In this document: one piece after another, positions 49,831 to 62,110 of the stretch
Layout of the letters: the number at the start of each line of letters is the position of its first letter
Position numbering within the stretch: the stretch's first letter is position 1
Assembly (NCBI RefSeq): GCF_036321535.1
Contig: NC_087437.1
Location: 70,992,001 to 71,056,000, forward strand
DNA: 64,000 nt
Origin: Camelus dromedarius
Lineage: Eukaryota
Direction of reading: 5' to 3'
Notes under the pieces: model-generated
Seen by the model: the letters and a program-made list of their open reading frames with translations, nothing else
Databases searched by the model: none
Told to the model about the DNA's origin: nothing
Made by a program: the position numbers and the translations under genes

Positions 49831-51689
49831 GGAAGGCAACACATCAGAGACAAAACTGATAATACTATTAACTAAGGAGGTGAAAGGAACGGCAGACGGG
49901 ACGACCCCCGTCTATGGCAGGCATTTTCCTGGGAGTAAAGCCCTGGTCTCCGGACTCCAAGGCCAGAGTTCTACCAGCCTCTTCATTCTGGCTTATGCAT
50001 CTGATATAGGAATACAAGGATAAAATTTTACTGCAGAACAGTAACCACTGTACCAGCCAGATGCTGAGGCGCCCTTGGAAGAAGGTGAATGATGGAAGAG
50101 TCTCCCCAGGGGAGCTTCCAAAAGTCCCCTTGAGAGCCTCCTTCCGGGACTCTAGCTGGAAGCATCGCGGGCTCAAAAGTGGCTGCAACCAGAGCTGAGC
50201 GGTGAGCTGTGAGGAGCAGGTCTGGACCAATAGCTCCCGACCACCCCGAGCCTCTGGGGCCAGTGGGCCGCCCCTGCAGCACAGTGTGAACGTCTGTGGT
50301 CAGTCGGGTGCAGACACATCTCTATGTAAAGCTCTAAAAGGAGCCACCATATTTTTCTCCCTAACTTTTGAGGTTTGTGGAGTGGATAGTTATGGTTAGC
50401 CTTGATGCACGGGGCTGGGTGTGGGTGCTAGGGAAGGGACTCCATTTGCATGTAAATGGGGAAGAAGTGCTGGCTTAGAATGTGAGACAGGCTCCCGACC
50501 CCGCAAGTCCTTTCACAGCCCAGCCTTCCCTTGGCCCAGCAAGCCCCACATGAGCCCACAGCCGGGGCTCCAGGTGGAAGCCTGTGGCCTAGCAGGGGTC
50601 ACAGCCCTGGGCCAAGGGGGCTGAGAGTGCTCACACTTCCCAGGAGGCCTGTGACCCATACACTGGAAACAACACAGAGTTCTCTCAGGACACAGACCAG
50701 TCTCTCAGCAGTCAGTGTCTTTGAACTTCAGTTTCTCCAAAGTCTTCCCTCTGGCTCAGAAGTGGTGCGGGAGCAGCAGAGATGTCCCAACTGTCTCCCC
50801 ATCCTCTTCCCGCCTCTTATCAAGAGATCCAGCCACTGCAGAGGCGGTGACCTATGCGGCCAAGTGCCCACTCTTTGCCTCACAGACCAGTGCCCCCTGC
50901 TAGAGGCTGAGCAGTGGCCGAAAGGGACTAAGAGGCTCCTGGCCCCTGCAGGTCCACAGATGGCTGAGGGAGCAGGGAGACAGGAAAACTGGGACTGAAG
51001 GGGAAATGGCCGCCCAGGGTGCCCACAAGAGCCTGCCCTGTGTCCCTGCAGCCCATCCGCCCTTTGCCATAGCAAAGTCACTCCCCAGAGGAGCCACCCA
51101 GGCAACAAGGGGCTGTTCCAAAGCCCCTTGTGGAGAAAGCTGCCTCAGAAAATCAAAGACTCAACATGAAAGGAATATCTATGACCTGAGACTCTCTAAT
51201 AAGTCTGGGAGCCATGTGGTTTTTTTGGCTGAAACTGCTCACAGAGAATGCAAATGGGGAGAATGTGGGGGTGGGACGGCTCTTGCTTGTCCAAGGTCCC
51301 TCGGGTGAGGTGACTCTGAGGACCTTCCCAACAAAGGCTGCCAAGGAGGGTAGTGGATTATGGGAAATTTCCTTTGCCTTCCCAGCTGTGAAAATAGGAC
51401 TGAGACTCCCAGGCGAGGTTGGAATGCAACCAGAGTAAAAGTCTTTGGGAGGAAGCAGCTGATCTTCCCTCCTCAGCTGAAGCCTCTCCTATGGCTTCTC
51501 TTCTCAGTCCTCCCGCCCACCCACATCGCTCCTGTACCTGCCCTCCCCCGTCCTAGATGTGGTTAGACTATCAATCCCCCCCTCCCCAGTCCCATCTGCC
51601 TTGGGAAAGGTGTTCTCTACCCCTGAAAACTCACTTCCTGCTTCATACTACCTGCAGCCCTCAGCATCCGCTACAAGTAGGATTGGGAT

Positions 51690-54600
51690 ACAAATATATG
51701 TGAACATTTCATTCAAAGAAAGTCTGAATCATCAAGAGTTCTCCTTCCACCAACAAAAAGAATGTCAGACCAAACTGGTTTCACAGGGGGACTATAACAA
51801 ACCTTTAAAGAGCAAATAATTTCAATGTTACTTAAAATATACAGACCTATAGAACATAAAGGAGAACTTCCAAATTCATTTTATTAAGTGAATTTCAAAT
51901 TGTTGTAAATGATTACAATTGCACACGATAAAAGAAAATCAGATCCTAATCTCTTACAAATATCGAGGGGGAAATTCTAGATAAAATATTGTCACAGATG
52001 CCAATAGCAAGTTAAGCAAAATACATAACGAGCAGGTAGAGTTTATTAGAGGATTACAAGGATGATTCAATACTAAGAAATCTTTTAAGTACTAGATCTA
52101 CATAGAAAAAAACATATGGTTATTTCCTGAAGCTGAAAAGAAAATTCAATCCCTATAACTGATAGAAAGAAAAAAAAAACCTAAAAAATTAATTCTTTCT
52201 TAACATATTTACGCACACACATAAACACACACAAGCCCTGAAGCCAGCATCTCTTTTGATGGGAAAACACTAGCAGCATTCCCACCAAAGTCAGGAGTAA
52301 GACAAGAACACTCGCTATTGCCACAACTAGTTAACAACTTATTAGAAATATTAGCCAATTCAATTAAGAGAAGCCGTTAGAGGCTTAAGCATTAGAAATA
52401 AAGATTTAAAACTGTCTCTAGTTATAGTTGCTTATATAGATAGAAAACACAAGAGAATCAGTGGGGACAACATCATAGGTAATAGAATTCTGTAAAATTG
52501 GCAGGATATATAATTAATATAAATAGTCTACCTGTATACAGTCATTAACCAGTTAATAAATATTCCAGAAGAGAACCCCCATTTATAATAATAGGGAAAA
52601 AAAAAGATCAAATACTTAGAAATAACGTTAACAAGAAATGTATAAATGCCATATAAAAAAACTTTACTCCAATGAATCAGCTATTCAAATACACTTTTAA
52701 ATAAAACTATAGAATACTAAAAGAAAATATGGGTGAATTCCTTTAAAATCTGAAAGTTGAAAAGACCTTCTTTCACTGTGACTCAAAATCTGGAATCAAT
52801 AAATACAACTTGGTGAGGAATTTGACTTAAGTTTTTTTGTTGTTAAAAAAGGTTTTTGCATTAAAAAAAAAGCATAAAGGTCAAAAGACAAATGACAAAC
52901 TAGGAAAGAATATTGGAACTTATTTCATAACCAAATGATTCATCTCCTTAACATAAAGAGTTTCTAGAAATCAGTAAGAAAAAGACCAAAATGCATGAAC
53001 TGACAGTTCATAGAAAAATACAAATGTTCCTTAAACATAAGTTCACTCCAGTCATAAAGAGAGAGCGAAATATTAAGACTATCATGACGTGATACCATTT
53101 CTTCCCTAGCAAACTGGCAAAAATCAAAATTTTAACAATATATTCTATCGGTAATGCTGTAGACTGTCATATATCATTGCTACGAATGAAAAAATCATAG
53201 AACTCCTTTGCAGGAGAATTGGTCAATATCTATCAAGATCACAGCTGTGTTTACCCTTTGGGCCAGGAATTCTACTTTCAGAAATATATTCTAAGGACAT
53301 AACTGCACAAATAGGAAATAACATACACAAAATTACTCATTGAGTTAGTGAGTCATTATTCACTAACAACAACAACAAAAACATGAAACAATCCAATAAA
53401 TTCTTGGCTGAGTAACTATGATACCCAGTCTCTTATTGAATAAACTATGGTAACTCCACAAAATTGACAACTAGGCAACTGTAAAAAGAATGAAAGCAAT
53501 CTCAGTGTACTGCTAGGTAGTGATCTCCAGAAGGTATTGCTAAATGAAAAACCATGGTGCCAAAAAGTGGTATAATAGGCAACCTTTGCAGAAAGAGGCA
53601 AAAAGGAGTAAGAATATGAGCACAAATTTGCCTGTGTTTGTAATAACAAACACTGTAAGAATTGATCAGAAATTAATTTTAAAAATCAGTCACCATTAGG
53701 TAACAGGAGAGGGGGTGGGGAGGAGGGGAATTGTAACTGTTTCACATAGTCAAAAGAAGCATAGTATATAATAATGAAAACAAAAAACCATCCCTAAAAG
53801 TGGAAGGAAAAAAGAAACAAATTAATCTAACCACATTTAAAATTAATAAAGCAGTCACACATAGAAAATAATCAACTGAGTTTAAAACTTAGTATTTGTA
53901 CTCACTAAATGGAATACATTTCAGTATAAAAACATATATTCCAGTCATTCAGTAGTATTATAATTTTGAAATAATGATACAATAACAAAGTTGTTGACCA
54001 GCCCAACTTGCAGGGGCCACAAATGGCCAAACTTGTGGCAATTAGAGGCCAGAGAAGGAAAATGGCTTTAAGAATAGATTAAAGGCCACAGATCTATAAA
54101 TGACACTCCAAAACCAGAAAACCCTAAACAAAGCAAACCTCGATGGTCACTATTGGTAGGGGTTACTACACCAGTACCTTGTTCTAAAACTTGGTAATTA
54201 AAGTTAAAAGGATTTACCCTGTCTTTCCACTTGGACTGTATTTAAGGATAAGTAAACAGTCCCAGTTGATGAGGGAAAGTACTTCTTTACAGAATAATTT
54301 CAGCTAATAAATATAGAATAAATTTGTAAACCTAATGAAATTGTTGATTTAGTTAAGGATCACCAATGGAAACTAAAACCATGCGGTGAAATGTGATGGA
54401 AAGTAGATGTTCCAAGGGGCTAAGGCAGCTCCACAGATTGCTTTCTGGTCACAATGTAACTGCTTTATCCCAGTGACTAATCTAAACACCCCTTAAAGCT
54501 GAACAACAGGACATGCTGGGCCATCTAATGGGACCCAATAATAAGGGTACATGTCATCCATGAAATATTCATTCCTAAAACGTGTAACCTGAATCTACTC

Positions 54601-54920
54601 AGGCTTTTAGGCCTAACTTCTAGTCTATAGGGAACCCAGTACAGCACGTAGGTCAGCAAGTCCAGTTCCCCCTGACTACAGAGCAGAGCAAAGTGCAATA
54701 CGTAGGGCAAGCTGTTTCAACAAGACACTGTCGTGGGAAGAAAGAGAGAAGGAGGACTATTCTAGATTTTAAAAAAATCTAAGAGACATAACAGCCAAAC
54801 GCAATTCATGGTCCTTGATTGACTCTTAGTTTGAACAAAGACATTTGGGGGACAATTGTAAGAAATCAAATATGGATTTGGCATTAATGATATTATAAAC
54901 TACTGTTAGTTCTGTTAAGT
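51690..54920 (+). mobile_element. Decayed old L1M ORF2 and 3' UTR segments
   Basis: A-rich with ORF2 remnants (GCATTCCCACCAAAGTCAGGAGTAAGACAAG; TCAAAAGACAAATGACAAACTAGG; GATACCATTTCTTCCCTAGCAAACTGGCAAAAAT). Confidence 0.75.
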
Positions 54921-54923
54921 GTG

Positions 54924-55318
54924 TGTTATATCCTGAATTGTGTCCCCTCCTGCCCCATAATCTTACGTTGAAGTCCTGATCCCCATCAGTAGGTAACTGC
55001 ATTTGGAGATAAGGTCTTTAAAGAACTGATTAAGGTCAAATGAAGCCTTTAGGGTGGGCCCTTATCCAATACAACTACTGTCATTAAAAAGAGGACATTT
55101 GGGCAGAGAGAGACAGATAGACAGACAGAAGGAAGACCATGTCTTACAGCGAGAAGGTGGCCATCTTTAAGCCAGGGAGAGAGGCCTCAGAGGAAACCAA
55201 ACCTGCCGATACCTTACTTTCGGACTTCCAGCCTCCAGAGCTGTGAAAAAATTGGTTTCTGTTGCTTTAGCCACCCTGTCTGCGGTGTTTTGCTATGGCA
55301 GCCCTGGTAAACTAACAC
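54924..55318 (+). mobile_element. MaLR solo LTR (MLT1A/B-like) inserted in the L1M
   Basis: TGTTATATCCTGAATTGTGTCCCC...TTTGGAGATAAGGTCTTTAAAG...GGACTTCCAGCCTCCAGAGCTGTGA...GCAGCCCTGGTAAACTAACACA. Confidence 0.85.
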
Positions 55319-57336
55319 AGGGTAACAACGGCATTGTGGTTACATAGGGAAAATGTTTTAGAGATCTCTACTGAAGTTTTTAAGTGTGAAATGTATTAAT
55401 GTCTGTAATTTTTAAATCCTTAATAATGAAGAAAAGGTGGCAAAATCCCCTGTGGACATTTGGAATAGTGCAGGTCAACAGTGCACACACTGCATTGAGA
55501 AAATGTTCCCTGCTAGAATGCCTGCTGGGTCCGTTTACTTTTGGAAATATAAACTGAAATAATGTCAGCTATTTTATAACTTCTCCAAAACAGTTCAGCA
55601 ACCATTCATTGGAGATGGCATTGAATGCAATGGATAAAGACGCAAGGATTGCCTTACACCAAGATTGGTCAAAAATTTTAGAGACCAATTTTAACTGCAA
55701 AAAAGTACAAAGCATAAAAGGAAACATAGAAGAAAATCAACATAACCACGGCTGGTTCATGTACAACCTGAGCATAGTGTTTCTACACAGAATACAAAAA
55801 TGCAAATCAAATAGAAAAACAAGGGATATTTTTAATTAATCCAATCAAAGGTTTTGAATCAGTGAAAGACAATCTTCAGAACACTCTAGAATTAAAAGTT
55901 GATTGTTATAATTAGGTGATGAGAATATGGGTATTATCTTTCTACTTCTCCATAAATTCAAAATTCAAAGTAAAAAGTCAAAATTAAACCTCAGGAAACA
56001 TCTGAGTGCAGCCGGGAGAAACCAGGCACCAGACAGGTTGTGCTGGCAGTTTGGGGGAGCATGAGGACCAAGAGTCCAGGAGGAAGACCCCTTATAAGGA
56101 GACCCCTGTCTGTTGTGGGAGTGAACGCAGGGCCTCCATCCTTTAATCGATCTGCACATGACATGGGGTGATTAGAATTCAAGTGCCTATTACCTCAGAG
56201 GAATTGTCAATAGTGAGGCTGTGAGAAGAGAACAATCAAAAATGAATTTGGTTTGGCTGTAAAACATTACTAATTTCAGTCGCTTACATGAACTACTAAA
56301 CGTTTAAGTATAAATACTGTTCAGCATAATAATAATTATGCAAACAACTGAAAAATACAGTTGGAAATATATAATTAATTTTAAATGTCATAATAATTAA
56401 AGGAGCTTTTCAGTATTTAGCCAAATTCCTTGTATTGGATAGGCAGTTCCTAGCCTGAGCTAAGGCTGCTTGATTCGCTGTCATAACAAATCTAACAGTC
56501 CTAACACATTTCTTCATGTCAATCACTCAACAAATATTGAGCACGTACTTTGCAAAACTGCTATGCTAGGCATTACAGTTCATGTGAAGAAGAGAAAGTT
56601 TACTCAAGGAGTTTACAATCTAGTTAGAAAGCTTTATACCCAAACAAAAATAATTTAAAATATAAGGCAGGCAATAAATGCAAATGACTGATGCAGATGA
56701 ACAAAGGTGGGTTTCTAACACAGTCATTTGTATCAGGAAAAAGGTGAAAGAGTAATTGTGTGGCTGAAGCAAGGAAGTCTAATCTCAGAGCAAAGAGATA
56801 TTTCTAAATAATATAAAAGCAAATGCAGAAGCAGTAACAGCCAATGTCATGCAGCCAATGCTCAGACAGAGGCGTGATGACAGTATTAATCCACAAACCC
56901 AGATTCGTGGGCTCCTAGGCAACACCTCCAAAATATGATGGGACACTCCACATGCTTCGACTGAATGCTTACAAACATATACTATGAAAAACAAGACATT
57001 ATGGATGTGGACAGTGTTGTGATTCAAGGGAAGGGATAACAGAAGTCTCAGTAAATGAGGGGTCTCTTGACTCATAAGGCCCCTCCTGGTCTCACCGGGT
57101 AGATGCGCAGAGCCTGCTCCTTTGGTCAGGCAGGCCAGGTGTAAATCCAAATGCCTGATGCTCCTATAACAGTGAAGAGGGAGAGCGTGCCTCCTGTGGG
57201 GCCGGAGGGCAGGTGGGAGGGTCAGACTGTGGCCCTATAATCGTCCTGGCACAAAAGAGTCTCACACTCTCTTTGCCTTATGGAATTGAAGCTACCTTTA
57301 CAGAGCTTCTGAGAAAAGACTTCTAAAAGAGAGGTG

Positions 57337-57460
57337 CTCCCTACAAACAAAAGTCCAGGACCAGATGGCTTCGGTGGGGAGTTCTACCAAACATGCAAAG
57401 AATTTATACTGATCCCTCTCAAACTCTTCCAAAAGACTGAAGAGGATGGAACACTCCCAA
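57337..57460 (+). mobile_element. Isolated internal L1 ORF2 fragment flanked by a 12-bp direct repeat
   Basis: Open translation [41 protein letters not shown]. Flanks AAAAGAGAGGTG (57325-57336) / AAAAGAGAGATG (57461-57472). Confidence 0.85.
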
Positions 57461-57879
57461 AAAAGAGAGATGAAACGTGATCTGAGGAAGCACCAGGAGC
57501 ATGTAAAATTCTGCCAGGAGGACAAAGAAGAGTTAAAATTGAGGTGTGGTTCAGTAAGGCCTCACTCCACCTTCCACCCAGCCAAACCACCTTCCGCCTC
57601 ACCATTACATCTGCTGTGAAGACCATTGCCAGTGAGGAGATTTTATGCAGGGCTTAGCCCAGCACGGCTTGTATTCTTGCTTATGTTAACCAACATCAGA
57701 AGTCTAAGCCTCCTAGGTCAACGCTCATCACCTGGATTTCCTTTCTTCAAGTCTTTAATCTGACCTGATTTTCCACCCTTCCAGCCTCCCCAGCCCTGAA
57801 CTCTCCCATTTTGTTCTCTGGGTCTAATGCACTGTCATCAGCAATACCCACCTTTATCCTTAAACTCTTCTTTAAATCT

Positions 57880-58060
57880 CTGGTTTTCAAAATGTGGACC
57901 TGGCCAGGCAGCATCACGTCACTTAAAAACTTGAAAGAAATACAGATTCCTGCCTGGGCCCCGTCCCAGACCTACTGAATCCAAATCCCTGGGGTGGGGG
58001 CTTGGGGGCAGTAGTCTCCACTGTAACAAGCCCCCCAAGTGATGGAGCAGTTGTGAAGTC
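57880..58060. mobile_element. MER5A-like MITE
   Basis: TGGTTTTCAAAATGTGG...GCAGCATCAC...CCCAGACCTACTGAATC...TAACAAGCCCCCCAAGTGAT. Confidence 0.75.
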
Positions 58061-58630
58061 GCCTGGCAAGGATGCTCCTTCCAGATCTTGGAGGAGGAAC
58101 CCATCTCACTACCTCAAACCCTGCACTGACCCACCTTCTTTCTTGCATATTAATTAAATACTTCACCCTAATGAGGCCACACTTTCTACCTTTTATTTTC
58201 ACATCTCATTTCTAATGTCACCCCCATGCCCACAACATACGCACGAGCCCTACTCCTGAATCATCCTGTCTGAATTTCTTAGTATTAATTATCTTTTCTT
58301 TTACCCTAAAACAATAGTCTCCACATTTTTTCCTTCTTATTTCATACACCATCAGTTTTTTTAAACTTAAGCAATGACCTCTCAAATGTGTATATTCACA
58401 TAAAATATGTTTATATGTGTCTGTAATAATGTATTTTCTACATTATAAAACAGAAACTGAGAATAGAACAAAAATTAGATATCAGATATAAATACTTAAA
58501 TGACAAGAGTGAGATCTTCATTTTGCACCCTCACTGATTCAGCTTGTGCAAATTAGTTTGGAGACATCAGCTTTGAAGGAATCAAGACATTGCAAGACTG
58601 TGCTTCCACTAAAATTTCTAGAATCAGAGC

Positions 58631-59634
58631 TGAAAGGGAGTAGGATTCTATGGGCCCTCCCTGATACAAATTCTTTTTGTCCCCAATTTCTCTTTTGTAG
58701 GAAATAGGCTTCATGCAGCTTCCTTGCCCTTCCCAGAGTTCCAGATTGCAGGCTCGAAGAGTTGCTAACCAGGGAAGGGAGGGAACGCAGAGATGAGGGA
58801 GGAACAGTCAAGAAATAATAGGGCAGCCCTGGGGCAGGATCTTGGTTCCTCTTGAAGGAATATACATAATCTTTACGTTCTTCTACAGGAGCTAAGCACC
58901 TCCCCACCAAGCCCTGAGTCTTGTTTATGGCTGAGCAGAATCTTCAGAGGCAATTTTTGTGGGGATCACTGGGTCCACCAGATTGCCAGCATTTTGATTA
59001 AAGTCAGCTTTCCTTTTTGATACCAAGGCTGTTGTCCTCCAGGATCCTACCCCTGCCTCTCCTTCGACTTGAAACCAATTACCCTCATCTAAGTCTCAGG
59101 AGGCAGTTGCAATGAGAAGAAACAAGAACTGGTTAGAACCAATGGAGTCCAAGATGGTGGAGGATTTCACTTCCAGTGGACCTTGAGCTTCGTTATATAG
59201 TCATTGTAATGTATTAGCATGCTAAATGACACACCCACCGGTGCCATGACAGTTGGGGCTTACCATGACAACTGGAAAAGCCCATACAAGGGCTGAAAAG
59301 CCCATACAAGGACTGATGGGCCCCAGCACACCTGAAAGGAAGACATGATGACAAACACCTCCCATAAAAGTCCACGTGGCCCGACTTGGCTGGAGCTGTC
59401 TCTGCTGGTCATATTGGCTGACAGTTCCTCATTCGAGCACTTCCTCTCCCCACAAAAGCATTTTGCTTTCCTTCTCTGTGCTCGAGCACCCTCTTTCCAT
59501 TTCCCCTTCTGAGCAATAAAGTGGCTGTTCACTAGGTCCCTCTGCCTCTGCTGCATGAATTCTTTCACATCCAGTGACAAGGACTCACACTTTGGTGCGC
59601 TTCCAAATGTAGGGGTTCCTCTGTCCACTAAACA
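58631..59634 (+). mobile_element. Probable ERV1-class solo LTR (~1 kb)
   Basis: Starts TGAAAGGG, has U3-like motifs (GGAGTCCAAGATGG), AATAAA at ~59515 and a plausible ...CTAAACA end. Flanks GAGC/GAGG match at 3 of 4 bases. Confidence 0.6.
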
Positions 59635-59684
59635 GAGGCACGTGGAACATCTGACCGGGAGCACAAGTTAGATCTTCACAATTG

Positions 59685-59872
59685 TGTGATAGTAAATGAT
59701 TAACAAAAAATCTCCAAGAAAAAAGTCCCAGGTTTGTAGCCTTTGTCACTGTCATTGGTGTAAATATTCCCATAGTGGTGATTTCAAGCTATCAAAACAC
59801 TGTCACAGAACACAAAGGTTGGGAAGTGCCCAGTCGCCTCGAACAAGCTAGTACAAGCCAAGTCCAACACCA
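59685..59872. mobile_element. MER63-like hAT element
   Basis: GGTGTAAATATTCCCATAGTGGTGATTTCAAGCTA...AGTACAAGCCAAGTCCAACACCA. Confidence 0.55.
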
Positions 59873-60369
59873 GATTTTTGTGCTCCACGTCTTTTGATTA
59901 AGGTCTATTTTTCAGTTAATTCCCTTTCTTCTAAGGAACTGGCTTCCTAATTAAGCATTTTCTAATTAACTTGCTCCCTTTTAATTTCTCAGAGCTGCTG
60001 CGAGGGCCGAGGTAGATGTTTTAGTCCTCTGGCTTTGGTGGCAGCCTCCAGTCTAATACAGGAGCCAGATGGTCACCTGGGATTTGTCAACTTGAGAGTG
60101 AGAGTATGGGGAGCGAGGCAGTGACAGCTTTGCCTTGGAAACCTTTGCCCCATGGGCCTATGTCACAGATGTGCGTGTATGCAAATTCACCCAGGCTACA
60201 CAAAGGGGAGCTGGGAGGTAGATCTCTCCAAAACCCATACCCCTGAACTCCAGAAACTTCTGCTCCCTGCTCCTCTCCCCACATGCAAACCCAAACCTGA
60301 CAGTAGCAAGTAGGTAGGAGCTCTTTAACTTTTACAATCAAATGAGAGAAAAAAAATGTTTCTGAATGT

Positions 60370-60560
60370 GAGTATTTACCATGTGAACAGGCACAGTTCC
60401 AACTGTTTTATAAGCTGGTACTGTTAGGTAGTATTGGTCTTCCTATTTTGCAGATGAGGAAATGAGTTGGGAAAGGTTAGATAATTTGCCCAAAGTCACG
60501 AAGCTAATAAGAAGTAAAATTTGGATTTGAACCCAACCAGGCTGACCCCAGCGCCCACAT
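60370..60560 (+). mobile_element. MIR SINE
   Basis: CCTATTTTGCAGATGAGGAAA...GGTTAGATAATTTGCCCAAAGTCAC...GGATTTGAACCCA. Confidence 0.8.
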
Positions 60561-61330
60561 TTACAGTGACTTACGTTCTTCTGCCCCCTCTGCTCTCCGA
60601 TGTCTTCTGGGTGGCTGCCACCGAGTTGGGCTCTGCCCGGGTAGAAAACCCAGACATGTGCACCCCTGTCCTCAAGATGCTTTCCAAAAATTTATGGACT
60701 CCTTAGGAAAGCAAGACTAACGTAAGTGAAGTAATTAGAAAATCTTAGCAGACAGCCTGTAATTAGCTGTAATGTAATATCCCCCAAGGCTAAGAAAAGT
60801 GCTTCCTGGTGGAGGCCATGAGACCTCACCCCTGCCTCCAGAGCTATAATCACTCTTCTAAAAAATCAGAATGTAGGTCAGATAGGGCCCTCAGCCTGCA
60901 ATCCAGTACTGTAATTCTCTCTCCCAAGGAATCCCACCTGACCAAATGACATAGCCACGAGATCACTATATAAAGCTGCACTGTATGCAGTTTTTTCTAT
61001 TTTTCCCGGACTAATGAGAAAATATTTTTAAACCTCTGTTAAAAGTTTCTGGTTTTCAAGTGCCACCAAAGCCCCAAGTCTGGGCTCTGGCCTTTCACTC
61101 CACCCTCTCTCTCTCTGGTAGTATCGGTTCTTCGAGGATGCCCCCTGCAGTCTACCCTGAGTTGCCAATGTGGACAGAAAACTCGATATCCCCAGAAGGG
61201 GCCCTTTAGAAGCCCCAGCACACTCCATGCCAACGGCTGTGGGACAGACCACCCAAAACCTCAGGGACTTCAAACAGCAGCCATTACGTTATCTTTCACA
61301 ATTTCTGTGACAAATTCTTAGCTGGGTGAG

Positions 61331-62110
61331 TATATTTGTTTACTAAGGCTGCCATAATAAATGACTACAGACTGCATGCTTTAAACACAGAGATTAATTT
61401 CCTCACGGTTCCAAAGGCTAGAAGTCCAAGATGGAGGTATTGGCAGGCAGGGTTGCTTTCTTCTGAGGCCTATTAAAGTAACCAGATTAGGCCCAAGATG
61501 GAGTCACTCATACTAAGCCCCACATCTGCAAACCAAAAATTAACTAACTTTCATTGCTCAGCCAGCTCTCCCAGAAAAGAATGGTTAGGCCAGTGGATGA
61601 AGGTTTGCCTGCTCAGCACAAGTTACCTGAACCAGTTCCAAGACTCCCCTTCGCTCCACATAAGAAAAGTAATCCTGCTTAATTGATCAGCAAATGCCCA
61701 GTATAACGTCCTTGTTTCAGCTCACTTTGGTCTTTAAAACCCGTTCACTTTGTACAGCTCTTTGGAGCGCCATTATTTCTGCTAGATTGGATGCTGCGGG
61801 ATGAAGCCTACCACATCAGTAAGATGTCTGTGGGGAATTTTCTTTAACAGGCCTCTCCTTAGCTTGTAGATGGCCACCTTATACATACGTCTTCACAGGG
61901 TCTTTCCCTCCGCCTGTGTCTGTGTCCTGATCTCTTCTTATAAGGGCACCAGTCATACTGGATTAGGGCTCACTCGTATAACTTCATTTTATGTTAATCA
62001 CCTCTTTAAAGGCCCTATGTCCAAATACAGTCACATTGAGTGGTACCGGGTTGGGGGTGAGTAGGATTTCAACATATGAACTTTGAGGGGAATACAATTC
62101 AAGTCATACA
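61331..62110 (-). mobile_element. MaLR LTR (MLT1A-C-like) with 5-bp TSD GTGAG
   Basis: GGCTGCCATAATAAA...GGCTAGAAGTCCAAGAT...TCTTATAAGGGCACCAGTCATACTGGATTAGGGC...ACAATTCAAGTCATACA. GTGAG at 61326-61330 and 62111-62115. Confidence 0.85.
61471..61849 (+). mobile_element. ERV1-type solo LTR with 4-bp TSD GGCC
   Basis: Inverted termini TATTAAAG...CTTTAACA, motif CAAGATGGAGTCAC, GGCC at 61467-61470 and 61850-61853. Confidence 0.8.

Noticed and set aside
48510..51566. Cluster of 100-155 aa ORFs upstream of TIGIT
   Set aside because: GC-richer sequence with overlapping ORFs on both strands, with no homology or coherent exon structure that I can recognise.
59275..59311. Direct repeat GAAAAGCCCATACAAGG x2
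   Set aside because: Short internal duplication within an LTR U3-like region, which is common.
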